Shown here: positions 46,847 through 56,760 of the stretch, piece after piece
How positions within the stretch are numbered: position 1 is the first letter of the stretch
How the letters are laid out: each line of letters starts with the position of its first letter
Assembly (NCBI GenBank): GCA_038891035.1
Contig: JAWAEW010000002.1
Coordinates: 22,476-86,475 of the forward strand
Direction of reading: 5' to 3'
DNA: 64,000 nt
Source of the DNA: Candidatus Anstonellaceae archaeon
Lineage (GTDB): Archaea; Micrarchaeota; Micrarchaeia; Anstonellales; Anstonellaceae
Position numbers and translations under genes: made by a program
Notes under the pieces: generated by a model
What the model saw: only the letters and a program-made list of their open reading frames with translations
Databases searched by the model: none
What the model was told of the DNA's origin: nothing

Positions 46847-47715
46847 TTATGAATTTTTTTGCTTGCCCACGTGTAAAAGGCCTTCCCTAAACTTAAAGAG
46901 AGGCCAAGCACAAAGGCAAAGAATATGAAAACTCCTGTTGAGCCGATTATGCGGCGGATGTTTAATAAAGGTAATGGAGCAGGCAAATCGATATAAAAGA
47001 AAGTCCCACTGTTGAACACTGCTTCAAGACGAGCATCCTTAGGTGGATTCGGCACAACGGTTGCATAAACTTTAACTTGCTGGCCGGAGGAATACTCCTT
47101 GCTATTCGTAGTTATGTTTATAGCGTATGCAGTTTTACCGAGAAGAGCGTCAAGCACTCCAGACTGAGAAGTGTTGTGCAACCAAATATCCTTCATGCTG
47201 CCGCCCTCATAAAATATGGGATGCTGGAACCTTGCAAGAGATTCGTTTTGAGCTGATTTCAATATTACATCTATCACCCATGCGCCTCTTTTTGCATTTT
47301 CAGAGAGGACAATGCAACCAGAGTAAATTCCGTCGTTTGCTGCTTGGTCGCAACTCTCGGCAGAGCCATCATCAGAAAGTTGAATGTAAATGTCATCATC
47401 TCCAGTTGGCTCAATGGCAGGAAAAACAAAGGATATAAGAAAGAAAAAAGGGATGAGAATTACGATGGCAAGTTTCAGCTGTATTTTGAAAAGCTCCATG
47501 GTCTGCTCGAGGTACTTTGATGAAAGCTCCTGGTATTCTTTTTCTCTTCTGGCTTTGCTTGCCTCAATCATTTTCTTTTGTGTCTCTTGCATCTCCTTTT
47601 GGAGAGAAAAAAGCCTTCCTTTACCGCCAACATTTTGCTGGGCAAAATTGTTGAATACTACATACCCAAAGGCCAGCAGAAGAAGAAAAAGCCAGTAATT
47701 TGAAAAATCAAACAT
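46843..47715 (-). CDS. DUF106-family (YidC/Oxa1/EMC3-like) membrane insertase candidate with ~150-aa C-terminal extracellular extension
   Basis: TM1, then coiled-coil LQKEMQETQKKMIEASKARREKEYQ, then TM2. Sits in the conserved archaeal slot between cmk and adk. Confidence 0.4.
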   Translation of the reverse strand: MFDFSNYWLFLLLLAFGYVVFNNFAQQNVGGKGRLFSLQKEMQETQKKMIEASKARREKEYQELSSKYLEQTMELFKIQLKLAIVILIPFFFLISFVFPAIEPTGDDDIYIQLSDDGSAESCDQAANDGIYSGCIVLSENAKRGAWVIDVILKSAQNESLARFQHPIFYEGGSMKDIWLHNTSQSGVLDALLGKTAYAINITTNSKEYSSGQQVKVYATVVPNPPKDARLEAVFNSGTFFYIDLPAPLPLLNIRRIIGSTGVFIFFAFVLGLSLSLGKAFYTWASKKIHK

Positions 47716-47727
47716 TGTACGCGCACC

Positions 47728-48267
47728 TTATTCAAGCAGCAAGAGAAACTTTTGCTGCGCTTCTTCAAGCTTGCCTTGCCTGTTTGAAATGATGGCACAG
47801 GGGGCTCCTGTTAGGCATGAATATGCTGCTAGCAAGGCTCGGTTGACAGAATCGTGCTCTGCAAGAGAATCAACTGTCTGTGAATCGCGAGTGCGACTTG
47901 CGTCTGCTTGCCTCCTTATAATTATCTCTTCAAATGGGGCTGTAATCAGGATCAAAAGCTCAACTTTCAGCTTTGAAAGGAGCCTGAAAGGCAAGCCTGG
48001 AAGGTAGCCTTTAGGGGTTGCTATTGAACAGTGAGTATCAAGAATGATTTTACCTTTCATTTTGGCAAGCTTTTTGCCAACTAATGATTGTATGACTGCT
48101 TGTTTTTTTGGATCAAGCTTGCGGATTTGGTCACGGTCTGAAACCATGTATCTTTTTTGCGCTATTTCAAACATTAAATCGCCGTAATTGATGATTTTGT
48201 AATCCTTTGGCGTGGCTGAAAGAACTGTGGATTTTCCTGCTCCAGGCAAGCCCATTACAACTATCAT
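47728..48267 (-). CDS. adkA: adenylate kinase, archaeal type
   Basis: MIVVMGLPGAGKSTV P-loop. 179 aa. Confidence 0.8.
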   Translation of the reverse strand: MIVVMGLPGAGKSTVLSATPKDYKIINYGDLMFEIAQKRYMVSDRDQIRKLDPKKQAVIQSLVGKKLAKMKGKIILDTHCSIATPKGYLPGLPFRLLSKLKVELLILITAPFEEIIIRRQADASRTRDSQTVDSLAEHDSVNRALLAAYSCLTGAPCAIISNRQGKLEEAQQKFLLLLE

Positions 48268-48271
48268 GTTC

Positions 48272-49798
48272 TCACCCCTTTCCTAGCAGATTGCTCAGAG
48301 TAGCATATGATTCAAAAAGGCGCTGGCGTTCAAGGTCTTGGTAAAGCCTGTAAAGTATTCCCACAGTAAGTAGTATTCCTGTGCCGGTTCCAAGTGCGCC
48401 CGTCAGGTCTGCAAGAGCAGCAAGCAGGCCGACAAAAGCCGAGCCAAGCACCACCACATAAGGAATATAGTTGTCTAATACTTTTTCTATTATGCGAGGG
48501 TCTCTTCTGAAGCCAGGAATTTGCAAGCCATACTTATCAAGTTGTTCTGCGACCTCTCTTGAACTCATGCCCGGAGTTGCTTCTACCCAAAATTGGCCAA
48601 AGATGATGCACAAAAACATCATAAACAAAATGTAAACAATTACATGCACCCATTCTGGAATTCCAAAAACTGGTGTAGTGCTATTGAGGATATGGCCAAA
48701 ATATGCTGCATAATTGCCCTGATAAGGCCGATAAATTGGAGAGATGAAATAAAGCAGGCCATCATGCAATTGGTTGTCAGTGCCCACAAAACCAATAATC
48801 TGCACCAGATCAATTCCTTCTTTGCATTTGTTGAAGGACGGACTTTCTGGGTCAAACTCCCCACCTATACACCAGTGCTTGCCTGCCAATCCGACTGCAA
48901 AAAACTGAAGGTTCAGAAGCAGCGCTGATGCAAGAATTACTGGGATATTGGAGACATACAAGAATTTTATTGCGTGCCTGCTTCCAACTTTTGCCTTGTC
49001 AAAAGCAAGCGGAATTTCAATTTTGATTCCCTCTGCATAGGAAACTATAAGTATCACTAAAATAGTGAAAAACAGAGGCAAGAGAGTAGTGATTGCTGCT
49101 GGCAGCGCCTCTGCGCTTCCAGAAGCAAGATGGGCGATGACACCTGCTGAAGGATCGGTCAGCAAAGCTAAAGACCCGCCAACAATTGCCTGCGAAACAC
49201 CTGCTGCAATGAAAAGAGAAATACCACTACCAATACCATGCTTTGAAACTACTTCGTCAAGATAAAGAAGCACAAGCGAGCCCAGCGCAATTTGCAATAT
49301 AACAAGCACTGTAGTGTATGGAGCATACACTATTTCTTTTCCTTCCTGAACCACTACACCTTCTCCAAAAGCTGGAAATAGTGGAACTAGCACCATTCTT
49401 GCAAAAATTACAAAGATTGCCGCCTCGACAAAACACAAGATGATTGCCAAAAGCTTTTGTGCGCCTTGAAAGGTCTTTTTTTGATCTGGGTCAGACAGAT
49501 CCACCTGAATTATTTTAGCTCCTGCAAAAAGCTGCAAAAATATGCTTGCAAGCACAATAGGGCCTATCCCAACCGTAATAAGTGAGCCTATCTTTGAAGC
49601 TGTAATCACCTGGAGGAAATCTGAATGGGAAGCAGAATGCCTAACTCCCAAAGCAACCACATGATACATCACAAAAAACAAGATTAGAGCAATCCCGCTC
49701 CACATCAGCCTTTCTGAAAGCGTGGGCGGCTTCGTTGGAGCCTCCACTTCCGGCAAGATGCGCAAAATTGGCTTGAGGAAATCAAGTGAACTGCCCAT
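48272..49798 (-). CDS. secY: preprotein translocase subunit SecY
   Basis: 508 aa, 10 TM, conserved SecY plug and TM2/7 regions. Confidence 0.9.
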   Translation of the reverse strand: MGSSLDFLKPILRILPEVEAPTKPPTLSERLMWSGIALILFFVMYHVVALGVRHSASHSDFLQVITASKIGSLITVGIGPIVLASIFLQLFAGAKIIQVDLSDPDQKKTFQGAQKLLAIILCFVEAAIFVIFARMVLVPLFPAFGEGVVVQEGKEIVYAPYTTVLVILQIALGSLVLLYLDEVVSKHGIGSGISLFIAAGVSQAIVGGSLALLTDPSAGVIAHLASGSAEALPAAITTLLPLFFTILVILIVSYAEGIKIEIPLAFDKAKVGSRHAIKFLYVSNIPVILASALLLNLQFFAVGLAGKHWCIGGEFDPESPSFNKCKEGIDLVQIIGFVGTDNQLHDGLLYFISPIYRPYQGNYAAYFGHILNSTTPVFGIPEWVHVIVYILFMMFLCIIFGQFWVEATPGMSSREVAEQLDKYGLQIPGFRRDPRIIEKVLDNYIPYVVVLGSAFVGLLAALADLTGALGTGTGILLTVGILYRLYQDLERQRLFESYATLSNLLGKG

Positions 49799-50026
49799 GA
49801 AACCAACTTATGCAAGTGGCTATCTTCTGTGCAGTATATTTAAATATGTAATGCCACTTTGCCTTTGGTGAAGCGAAATGCAGATTTTCAGGAAAATCTT
49901 ATGCGCAATTGGATTTCATCAGTGGGGCAAGGCAACGTATCTGGATAACCCAAGCTCGAACATAAAGGAGTTTAGGCAGAGGTGCAATTGCTGCGGAAAG
50001 ATAAAAACTTGGGTAGAGGCAAAAAG

Positions 50027-50461
50027 CTACTGAGCTGATGGCTGCCGAGGCTCGACAACTCCACCTGCTTTTTTTATCTTTTCGCTTGCAAGGCGTGAAA
50101 ACGCAACCGCCTTCACATGCACAGGAACCGAGATTGCGCCTGTTCCAAGTATTTTGCCCTCGAACTCAAAGTAGAGCTTATCGTCCTTTTTTTGAAGCTG
50201 GCCTTTTTGGGCAAGCTGGTCGATTTCGTAAAGATTTATAGTAGGAAGCTTTGGAGAGGGGTTGTGATTTACAAATCCGAACCGGCTGCCGTGCTCCATC
50301 CAGTCCCTTTCATATACAGTAACATAGGAAAACCTGTGCTTGTGCATGCCTGCTCTTCCCCATCCGCCTTTATTGCCCTTTCCTCGCTTGTTTTTAGCAT
50401 TGCCTTTGCCATGGCTTCTTGAACCCAAAAACTTTCTGCTTCTCTTCCTTTGGCGCACCAT
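50027..50461 (-). CDS. rpl15: 50S ribosomal protein L15 (uL15)
   Basis: Gly/Lys-rich N-terminus GKGNKGGWGRAGMHKH. Confidence 0.9.
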   Translation of the reverse strand: MVRQRKRSRKFLGSRSHGKGNAKNKRGKGNKGGWGRAGMHKHRFSYVTVYERDWMEHGSRFGFVNHNPSPKLPTINLYEIDQLAQKGQLQKKDDKLYFEFEGKILGTGAISVPVHVKAVAFSRLASEKIKKAGGVVEPRQPSAQ

Positions 50462-50890
50462 TTAAACCATCCTTCTGATAATCTCAGAAATATTTTCATT
50501 CTTTCCAACAGGCCCGAACGGGGAGGGCTTTTTGCGCGAATCAAACCCGCCCTTTGGTGGTGACAATCTAACAAAAGGCCGAATTCCAAGTGCAGAGAGG
50601 CTTTTTCCACCCTCAAGCTGAAGTGCAACTTCCTGAGCCTCTTTTTGCGAGATTTGAGATCCGTCCTGCTTTAGGCCTCTTTTTGACAGAACTTCGGCAA
50701 CGGTCTCTTTTTCTACTTTGCCAAATGAAACAAAATCCTTGCAGACTGCAAGCATTCCTCTGTAGCTTTGAGTGTCTGGGATGAAAGTGCAACAATAAAG
50801 CCTCGGCAGATTTAGGCTTTTGAGAGTTTCTTTTACCTTAGGGGAAAGCGAAAATTTGCCTTTCAGCCGCAACACTGCTAAGATCCCCAT
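50462..50890 (-). CDS. rpl30: 50S ribosomal protein L30 (uL30)
   Basis: AVLRLKGKFSLSPKVKETLKSLNLPR...YRGMLAVCKDFVSFG. Confidence 0.85.
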   Translation of the reverse strand: MGILAVLRLKGKFSLSPKVKETLKSLNLPRLYCCTFIPDTQSYRGMLAVCKDFVSFGKVEKETVAEVLSKRGLKQDGSQISQKEAQEVALQLEGGKSLSALGIRPFVRLSPPKGGFDSRKKPSPFGPVGKNENISEIIRRMV

Positions 50891-50900
50891 TTAAAGCACC

Positions 50901-51575
50901 CTAGTTATTCTTTTTTTCAAATCCTTCCTTTAAGCGCATGCTATTTAGCTGGTCGAGAGCAGATGCTGTTGCCATAGCCATATTATAAACATTTCTCGTT
51001 CTCCCTCTAGAAAAGCTCCATATATCCTTTACGCCTGCTGCTGCAAGCACTTTTTTGACCACTTCATTTGCAGCCAAACCAAGCCCGCGCGGAGCTGGTT
51101 TGAGCACTACCTCAACGCTTCCGGTTTTCCCGATCACTTTTATCGGAATGGAATGCTTTTGGCCGCAGCCGCATTCCCATGATCCGCAACCAAGGTTGAC
51201 AAATGTGAAATTCCTCTTTGCATTTTTGAGGGCAGCTTCAATTGCAGGTTTGACCTCTTCAGATTTTCCTGCACCTATCCCAAAATGACCGTTTCTATCT
51301 CCAATAAGCACCACTGCCCTAAATTGGGATTTCCTGCCATTGTCAGTCATTCTTTGGGTGCTTGAAACCTCGAGCGTCTCCTCGATCAAGTTAGGATAAA
51401 GATAGTCGATAATTTGGTGCTCCAGAATCCTTTTGCCCATCGCAAAGATTTGCTCTACTGAGGTAATTTGCCCTGCTTTAACCATTTTTCCAACTTCAGT
51501 TTTTGGAATCCATTCCTGAGCAGGTTCTTCAGAGCCGCTTGGCTTTTCAATCAAACCATCTTTTTTGAGTGCCAT
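50901..51575 (-). CDS. rps5: 30S ribosomal protein S5 (uS5)
   Basis: RAVVLIGDRNGHFGIGAGKSEE. Confidence 0.9.
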   Translation of the reverse strand: MALKKDGLIEKPSGSEEPAQEWIPKTEVGKMVKAGQITSVEQIFAMGKRILEHQIIDYLYPNLIEETLEVSSTQRMTDNGRKSQFRAVVLIGDRNGHFGIGAGKSEEVKPAIEAALKNAKRNFTFVNLGCGSWECGCGQKHSIPIKVIGKTGSVEVVLKPAPRGLGLAANEVVKKVLAAAGVKDIWSFSRGRTRNVYNMAMATASALDQLNSMRLKEGFEKKNN

Positions 51576-51579
51576 TTTT

Positions 51580-52179
51580 TCACCACTGTAAGTTTTCTAT
51601 CTTGCCTTTTACTATCTCAAAGATTGAAACAATATTTTCGGGTTGGAAGTTGCTTTTCAGATATGAAGAAAAAATGCTTGTGTATTTTTGCGGATTTTCG
51701 GTTTTGAGCTTTTTTGCATATTCAGCAATTTGTTCTCCTTTTATTCGTGCATCATCAATCATCTTTTCAGGGTAATTTGTAGAAAGACCTGCGTCCAGTG
51801 CGCCCTGCAATGCCGCAAAAACAACTGCTCCTTTTGACGGAGTTTGCATGCCTATGTCCAAATTGAAATTCTCCACTCCTGCCTTTTTGGCGCGCTTGCC
51901 GGCAAGCAATCCGACTAGATAGGCTGTCGGAGAGTTGCAGTGCGGCACCCATCCGAATTCCAAAAGTTCCCTGCCTTCTGCGCTGCAAATTACTTTGTCA
52001 CCTTGTGGGGAAAAATCAATGAACTGTACAGTCACGTTGCGGCTGCTTTTTCTCACTACCATCCGTGGGCGGCCTCCTTTGATTAAAGCAAGCCTTTTTG
52101 CATAATTTGTCAAATTAAGCCTTCTGCGCCTAAACGCAACTTTGTATTTTGGTCCTGTTGCTTTGCCCACATTCATCAC
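51580..52179 (-). CDS. rpl18: 50S ribosomal protein L18 (uL18)
   Basis: Archaeal L18p/L5e fold. YKVAFRRRRLNLTNYAKRLALI. Confidence 0.85.
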   Translation of the reverse strand: MMNVGKATGPKYKVAFRRRRLNLTNYAKRLALIKGGRPRMVVRKSSRNVTVQFIDFSPQGDKVICSAEGRELLEFGWVPHCNSPTAYLVGLLAGKRAKKAGVENFNLDIGMQTPSKGAVVFAALQGALDAGLSTNYPEKMIDDARIKGEQIAEYAKKLKTENPQKYTSIFSSYLKSNFQPENIVSIFEIVKGKIENLQW

Positions 52180-52634
52180 GTCTCTTTCAACAGTTTGTTA
52201 TCTTTAAGATATGCTTCCATGGCCTTTACTCCACGGAATGCATTCCCTTTTATCATAAGATAAATCTTGCGCATTACCGATTTTTCAATTCGCCCTGAAT
52301 CAGCAAGCTGGTGCAAATACTTTCTTTGTGCCCGAACCTTGGCAATCCAGGCCTTTTTGGTGCCTTGGCGAGCACCCATACTTCCTTTTCTGCTTCCGGG
52401 TCCGCGGCGCCTGCCTTTCTTTTGCGCCTGATGGTGCAACCTGCCCCTTACCCTTGAAACCCCACGCTTTTTGAGTGCGTAAATTGCTCCTTCCGAAATT
52501 AAGCTTCGTACATCTTCGCGAGTGAGGGCTTCCTTTATCTTTTGGTACGCCTCTGGCTTGAAACGCACTTTATTTTCTCCTACACGCAAAATCTCTGCAG
52601 CTATCCTTCGCACAGTGCTGGACATAAATATCAC
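52176..52634 (-). CDS. rpl19e: 50S ribosomal protein L19e
   Basis: VRRIAAEILRVGENKVRF. Confidence 0.85.
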   Translation of the reverse strand: MIFMSSTVRRIAAEILRVGENKVRFKPEAYQKIKEALTREDVRSLISEGAIYALKKRGVSRVRGRLHHQAQKKGRRRGPGSRKGSMGARQGTKKAWIAKVRAQRKYLHQLADSGRIEKSVMRKIYLMIKGNAFRGVKAMEAYLKDNKLLKET

Positions 52635-53005
52635 TTAGTTTTTTCTTTTATTACCTTTGGGTTGAGAACTTTTAGCCCAAGCTGCTGAGCCATCTTTTGG
52701 ATTGCTGCTCTCTTGAGAGCACCCACGCCTGATGCAATCCGCACTGCAACACCTGAAAGGCCGGCAAGTTCTGCCGGGGATTGCACTCGAATTTCTGGAA
52801 GGCCACAGGGGTGTCTATGTTTGAGCTGCTTGGGTTGTCCATATCCAATCGAAGGCGATGCGCCCATATAGGCAAGCTTTTGCCTCTTTTTATTGTCAAT
52901 TCCTCTTGGCCTTCTCCAAGAGAGAGGCACACGGCTCCTTTTGGTGCGGCCGTAGTTTGGCCTCAAAAACTTTGGATGCTTCCTTTTTGACACCATAAAA
53001 ATCAC
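52631..53005 (-). CDS. rpl32e: 50S ribosomal protein L32e
   Basis: KFLRPNYGRTKRSRVPLSWRRPRGIDNKKR. Confidence 0.85.
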   Translation of the reverse strand: MIFMVSKRKHPKFLRPNYGRTKRSRVPLSWRRPRGIDNKKRQKLAYMGASPSIGYGQPKQLKHRHPCGLPEIRVQSPAELAGLSGVAVRIASGVGALKRAAIQKMAQQLGLKVLNPKVIKEKTK

Positions 53006-53511
53006 TCAACTACATAAAATCCATCTTGGAAGATTCTTGAATCTCTATCCCTTATTTTTGTTGCCGCTCGCAGATTCGCGATTGTTTGCCCCACCTCTTC
53101 TTTAGAGGGACCTGAAACGGTCAATTCTTGACCCTTTGCCTCCACCTTTGTGGAGCCAACGATTCGCGCTTTGCGGGGTTGTTTTTCTCCCATGAAATTT
53201 TTTATCAGTATCTCTTTGCCTTTCACTTCAACCGAAATTGGAAAATGGGCATATATTGCCTTGAGCTTTTTGGTATACCCTTCAGTAACTCCCTTTGCCA
53301 TATTTAAAAGATGGGTTTCCACTGTCTTTTGCATAGTCTTGTCTGCGCTTACCAATATCTTGCCATCTTTAAGCTCTATCTTCACAGATGGGTGGAGGAA
53401 AACTTTCTCCACAGTCCCTTTTGGGCCGCTGAATGTCACCTTTTGCCCTTCTATGCTGACTTTTACGCCTTGCGGAATCTCCATCTTATCTACCCTAGTA
53501 AATATATGCAA
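53002..53511 (-). CDS. rpl6: 50S ribosomal protein L6 (uL6)
   Basis: GVKVSIEGQKVTFSGPKGTVEKVF. Confidence 0.9.
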   Translation of the reverse strand: MHIFTRVDKMEIPQGVKVSIEGQKVTFSGPKGTVEKVFLHPSVKIELKDGKILVSADKTMQKTVETHLLNMAKGVTEGYTKKLKAIYAHFPISVEVKGKEILIKNFMGEKQPRKARIVGSTKVEAKGQELTVSGPSKEEVGQTIANLRAATKIRDRDSRIFQDGFYVVE

Positions 53512-53881
53512 TCAGCCTTCCTCCTATCCCTCTCTTTTTTGCTTCCGCATTTGTCATCAGACCTTGTGGGGTGGAAACAATGAAAAGCCCAAAATTTGCG
53601 CCAGGCAAGTATTTTTGCTCCCATTCTGGCCATTCGGTCTTTTTTACTGCAAATCTTGGCTTTACTGCACCGCATTGGTTGATTCTCCCCAACAGCTTTA
53701 TCTTGAAATAACCGCTTCTTCCGTCATCTACAAACTCAAAATCTCCAATAAAGCCTTCTTTTTGGAGTATCTTGAGCGTCTCGCGCACCAGCTTGCTTGG
53801 CTTGACCTCGCAGAATTGTTTTCCTGCCATTTCATGCGTCTTTATGCTGTTGAGGGCGTCAGCCAAAGGATCGTTTGCCAT
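53495..53881 (-). CDS. rps8: 30S ribosomal protein S8 (uS8)
   Basis: MANDPLADALNSIKTHEMAGK. Confidence 0.9.
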   Translation of the reverse strand: MANDPLADALNSIKTHEMAGKQFCEVKPSKLVRETLKILQKEGFIGDFEFVDDGRSGYFKIKLLGRINQCGAVKPRFAVKKTEWPEWEQKYLPGANFGLFIVSTPQGLMTNAEAKKRGIGGRLIAYIY

Positions 53882-53893
53882 AAAATTACCTCT

Positions 53894-54085
53894 TTAATAT
53901 TTCCTAAATCCTATTTCCTCACCTACTTCACGGAAACAGCGCCTGCATATGCGAAGCCCGTATGAGCGTATCAAGGCTCTTGCAGAACCGCAAAACCTGC
54001 ATTTGCGCAATCCCTTACCTTGAAATCTGAACTCTATTGGGATTTCCTTCTTCTTTTTACCCATATCCTTCCTCCTATTGAACAT
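53894..54085 (-). CDS. rps14: 30S ribosomal protein S14 type Z (uS14/S29e)
   Basis: [22 protein letters not shown] zinc ribbon. 63 aa. Confidence 0.85.
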   Translation of the reverse strand: MFNRRKDMGKKKKEIPIEFRFQGKGLRKCRFCGSARALIRSYGLRICRRCFREVGEEIGFRKY

Positions 54086-54608
54086 TTATCCCAAAGGCTT
54101 TTTTGGCAAATTCTATCCCTTCCTCTTTGCTTATTCGGTGCTTTTTGCCTATTTTAGCAGAGCCTCTTCTTCTTTTGTTTACTCTAAATCCTCTTCTTTT
54201 GAGTGTGACGCAAACATCAAAACCCATTATCCCTATTTGCGGGTCATACTTTGCTCCAGGAAAATCGATGTATTCTGCAATTCCAAATGAGAAATTGCCT
54301 TCCTTGTCAAAGCATCTTTTTGGAAGCGTCATTGCCTTTGCTTTGAGTGCCTTTTTGAGAAAATCAATTGCTTTTTGACCGCGCAAGGTTGTTTTTGTCC
54401 CTATCAGATCGCCTTTTTTTATCCTGAAGACCGGATTTCTGACTTTGGCCTTCGTTGGCACTGCCTTTGAGCCTGTTAGGCGTTCAAGCAACACTTTTGC
54501 ATTTTCCAGTTCCTGCCCTCCTCTGCCTACCCCTATGTTGAGAGTAACTTTGTCAACCATGATTTCTTTCATTGGGTTCATTTTTTCACCATCAGAATTT
54601 ATCATCAA
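54075..54608 (-). CDS. rpl5: 50S ribosomal protein L5 (uL5)
   Basis: [22 protein letters not shown]. Confidence 0.9.
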   Translation of the reverse strand: MMINSDGEKMNPMKEIMVDKVTLNIGVGRGGQELENAKVLLERLTGSKAVPTKAKVRNPVFRIKKGDLIGTKTTLRGQKAIDFLKKALKAKAMTLPKRCFDKEGNFSFGIAEYIDFPGAKYDPQIGIMGFDVCVTLKRRGFRVNKRRRGSAKIGKKHRISKEEGIEFAKKAFGINVQ

Positions 54609-55290
54609 TGACGAACAAATATTTCATCAGCGTAACAAATGGGCCGCTTTCTGATGAAAGCATTGCCTCTGTTTCATGCGAGCCTGGCCTTTGGATCTCT
54701 TTTTCCAGAGTAGCAATTTGGCCTTTGTGCCTGCCATGAGTGATAAGGCAACGGGCACCTGACTGCAATTTAATGTGCGAAATCAGCTTAAAGTCTGGAA
54801 CCGAAAGGACGCACGTGTCACCTCTCTTTATGTTGTTGTCTCCTAAGAAAGTCCTGCCGTCATGAAGAGCAATTTGTACCTTGCCTTTCTTTATTATAGT
54901 TTTTCCTACTACTTTGAAATACTTTCTTGAAGCCTCTTGTGCAGTTATTTCCTTTGGGAATAGGTACTTTCCTGAAAGTGACATTCTGTAATATTTGTTT
55001 TCTGATGGGACAAAAAGAATGTCCATCAACCCGACTGAAAACTTTATGTCTTTGACTTTTTTGCCATCTACCAGCAAACCGCCCGAATTCAAAATCTTTT
55101 TGGCTTCTTTGGTGTTTGAGGCCAGCCCAAGCACTTCCTTCAAAAGTGTTCCTGCTGCGATGCTTTCGCTTTTTTTATGCTTTCCAGGATTTGGGGTAAT
55201 TACCCACTTGAATTTTTTCCTACTTTTGACACCTACCTCTTTTGGAGCGCAGATGCGCACAAGGTGGTGAGAACCTCCTTTTTTGCTCAT
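54592..55290 (-). CDS. rps4e: 30S ribosomal protein S4e
   Basis: KKGGSHHLVRICAPK and a KOW region. Confidence 0.9.
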   Translation of the reverse strand: MSKKGGSHHLVRICAPKEVGVKSRKKFKWVITPNPGKHKKSESIAAGTLLKEVLGLASNTKEAKKILNSGGLLVDGKKVKDIKFSVGLMDILFVPSENKYYRMSLSGKYLFPKEITAQEASRKYFKVVGKTIIKKGKVQIALHDGRTFLGDNNIKRGDTCVLSVPDFKLISHIKLQSGARCLITHGRHKGQIATLEKEIQRPGSHETEAMLSSESGPFVTLMKYLFVIDDKF

Positions 55291-55294
55291 ACTA

Positions 55295-55669
55295 TCACTT
55301 CTTTGCAGACCTCTGTATCATTTCCAGCCTATCTTTTGTGAACTCCCCGTCTAAGATAAGCAAATTTGATGGATCGACTGGGAAGGGCTTTTCTACTCCT
55401 TTTGAATTTTTTCGAGTTGCTCCTTCTACATATACCTTGAGTCTGGACAACTCCACACGTAGCACTTTTCCAATATGACCCTTTTTCTCTCCCCTCATAA
55501 TCTTAACTTTGTCACCTTTATGCACAGGGGCACTTCTTCTTGCAGTGCCAAGCTTTTGCCTCAGCTCTTTGCTTAAGTGTGCAGCAACCATTTTCTTTCT
55601 GAGGTGAAGTGGCGCACGCATGCGGAATTTGCGCTGCTTTCTTGGCTGCTTGGATACCATCAAAACCAC
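55295..55669 (-). CDS. rpl24: 50S ribosomal protein L24 (uL24)
   Basis: KOW motif KGDKVKIMRGEKKGHIGKV. Confidence 0.9.
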   Translation of the reverse strand: MVLMVSKQPRKQRKFRMRAPLHLRKKMVAAHLSKELRQKLGTARRSAPVHKGDKVKIMRGEKKGHIGKVLRVELSRLKVYVEGATRKNSKGVEKPFPVDPSNLLILDGEFTKDRLEMIQRSAKK

Positions 55670-55672
55670 TCC

Positions 55673-56071
55673 TTAAACTAAAGCCGCAGCTATTGCGGCA
55701 ACTTTTGGGAACCTGGAGGCAACTTCTCTTGCAATCACTCCTTTTATTTCTGTCCCGACAGGAAGCCCTTGGTCATCTATTATAACACAGGCGTTGTCCT
55801 CAAATGAAATCCGAAGCCCGTTTGGCCGTCTGAAAGGTTGCTTTTGTCTGACTATTACTGCCTTGAGAACTTTCTTTTTCATGGATGATGTGCCTTTTTT
55901 AACAGCAACTACTACAACGTCACCGACGCCCACTTTAGGATATCTTGCACGCTTTGCCTTTGCACCTTTCACACCTATTATTTCAACTATCTTTGCTCCA
56001 GAATTATCGGTGCAGACTAGCTGTGAGCCGGTCTGCAATGCTTTTGTAATTTTGCTTCCCAGACCCTTCAT
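55673..56071 (-). CDS. rpl14: 50S ribosomal protein L14 (uL14)
   Basis: LVCTDNSGAKIVEIIGVKG. Confidence 0.9.
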   Translation of the reverse strand: MKGLGSKITKALQTGSQLVCTDNSGAKIVEIIGVKGAKAKRARYPKVGVGDVVVVAVKKGTSSMKKKVLKAVIVRQKQPFRRPNGLRISFEDNACVIIDDQGLPVGTEIKGVIAREVASRFPKVAAIAAALV

Positions 56072-56463
56072 TGTACCACTTCTTTATTAGGAAGCTCTTC
56101 GCGCTTTACCTCTGCTTTTCTTAGCCTTTCTGCTTCCTCTTCTAGTGCTTTCCCGCCTTTCTTCTCGATTACGACCTCGCCCTCTGCCTTTTTGATGATC
56201 TTTGTAACAATCCATGCCTTTGTTTTGGAAATCTTGCGGCATTCCGCAATTTCAACTATGTCTCCTAGTTTAGCTCCGATTGAATCTGGATTGTGCGCGG
56301 GTATCCTTGATTTGGAGCGAGCATATCTTTTGTATTTTGGAAAGTACTCTAAAGTGTCCATCTCCACGATTACCGTCTTTTTTGCCCTATCTGAAACTAC
56401 TTTGCCTACTTTTATGTGACCTCTTGCAACGATAGGACCTTTCCTATTTGAATCGATTGCCAT
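56068..56463 (-). CDS. rps17: 30S ribosomal protein S17 (uS17) with K/E-rich C-terminal extension
   Basis: GKVVSDRAKKTVIVEM OB-fold. About 40-aa KKAEGEVVIEKKGGKALEEEAERLRK tail. Confidence 0.85.
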   Translation of the reverse strand: MAIDSNRKGPIVARGHIKVGKVVSDRAKKTVIVEMDTLEYFPKYKRYARSKSRIPAHNPDSIGAKLGDIVEIAECRKISKTKAWIVTKIIKKAEGEVVIEKKGGKALEEEAERLRKAEVKREELPNKEVVQ

Positions 56464-56472
56464 ATATACACC

Positions 56473-56760
56473 TTATCTTGCTTTCTTTGGCCTGTCATAA
56501 GGCCGAAATGCAATCCTTTCTCCCTCCAAAATGGCAGATCCGCCATCAGGCAAGCTGAACATGAATTTGCAGCCTTTTTTTGGAACCATCTTTTCTTTTC
56601 CCTCTTTGCTTTTCAGCACCAGCATGTTCTTTGTTTCATCTACCACCAGCCCTTCCAGACCGCAGAATGGCTCAGAAATGCTGGATACTACTTTTGCTTT
56701 GAGACCTATCAACTCATGTAACGCAATATTTTGCGCTGTAATCGGCAAATAACCACCCAT
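56473..56760 (-). CDS. rnp1: RNase P protein component Rpp29/Pop4 (Rnp1)
   Basis: Sm-like fold LIGLKAKVVSSISEPFCGLEGLVVDETKNMLVL. Conserved archaeal position between SUI1/L29 and S17. Confidence 0.65.
   Translation of the reverse strand: MGGYLPITAQNIALHELIGLKAKVVSSISEPFCGLEGLVVDETKNMLVLKSKEGKEKMVPKKGCKFMFSLPDGGSAILEGERIAFRPYDRPKKAR

Noticed and set aside
53150-53965. 271-aa plus-strand ORF spanning L6/S8
   Set aside because: Antisense to two strongly conserved ribosomal protein genes. Cys/Phe/Leu-rich nonsense translation.
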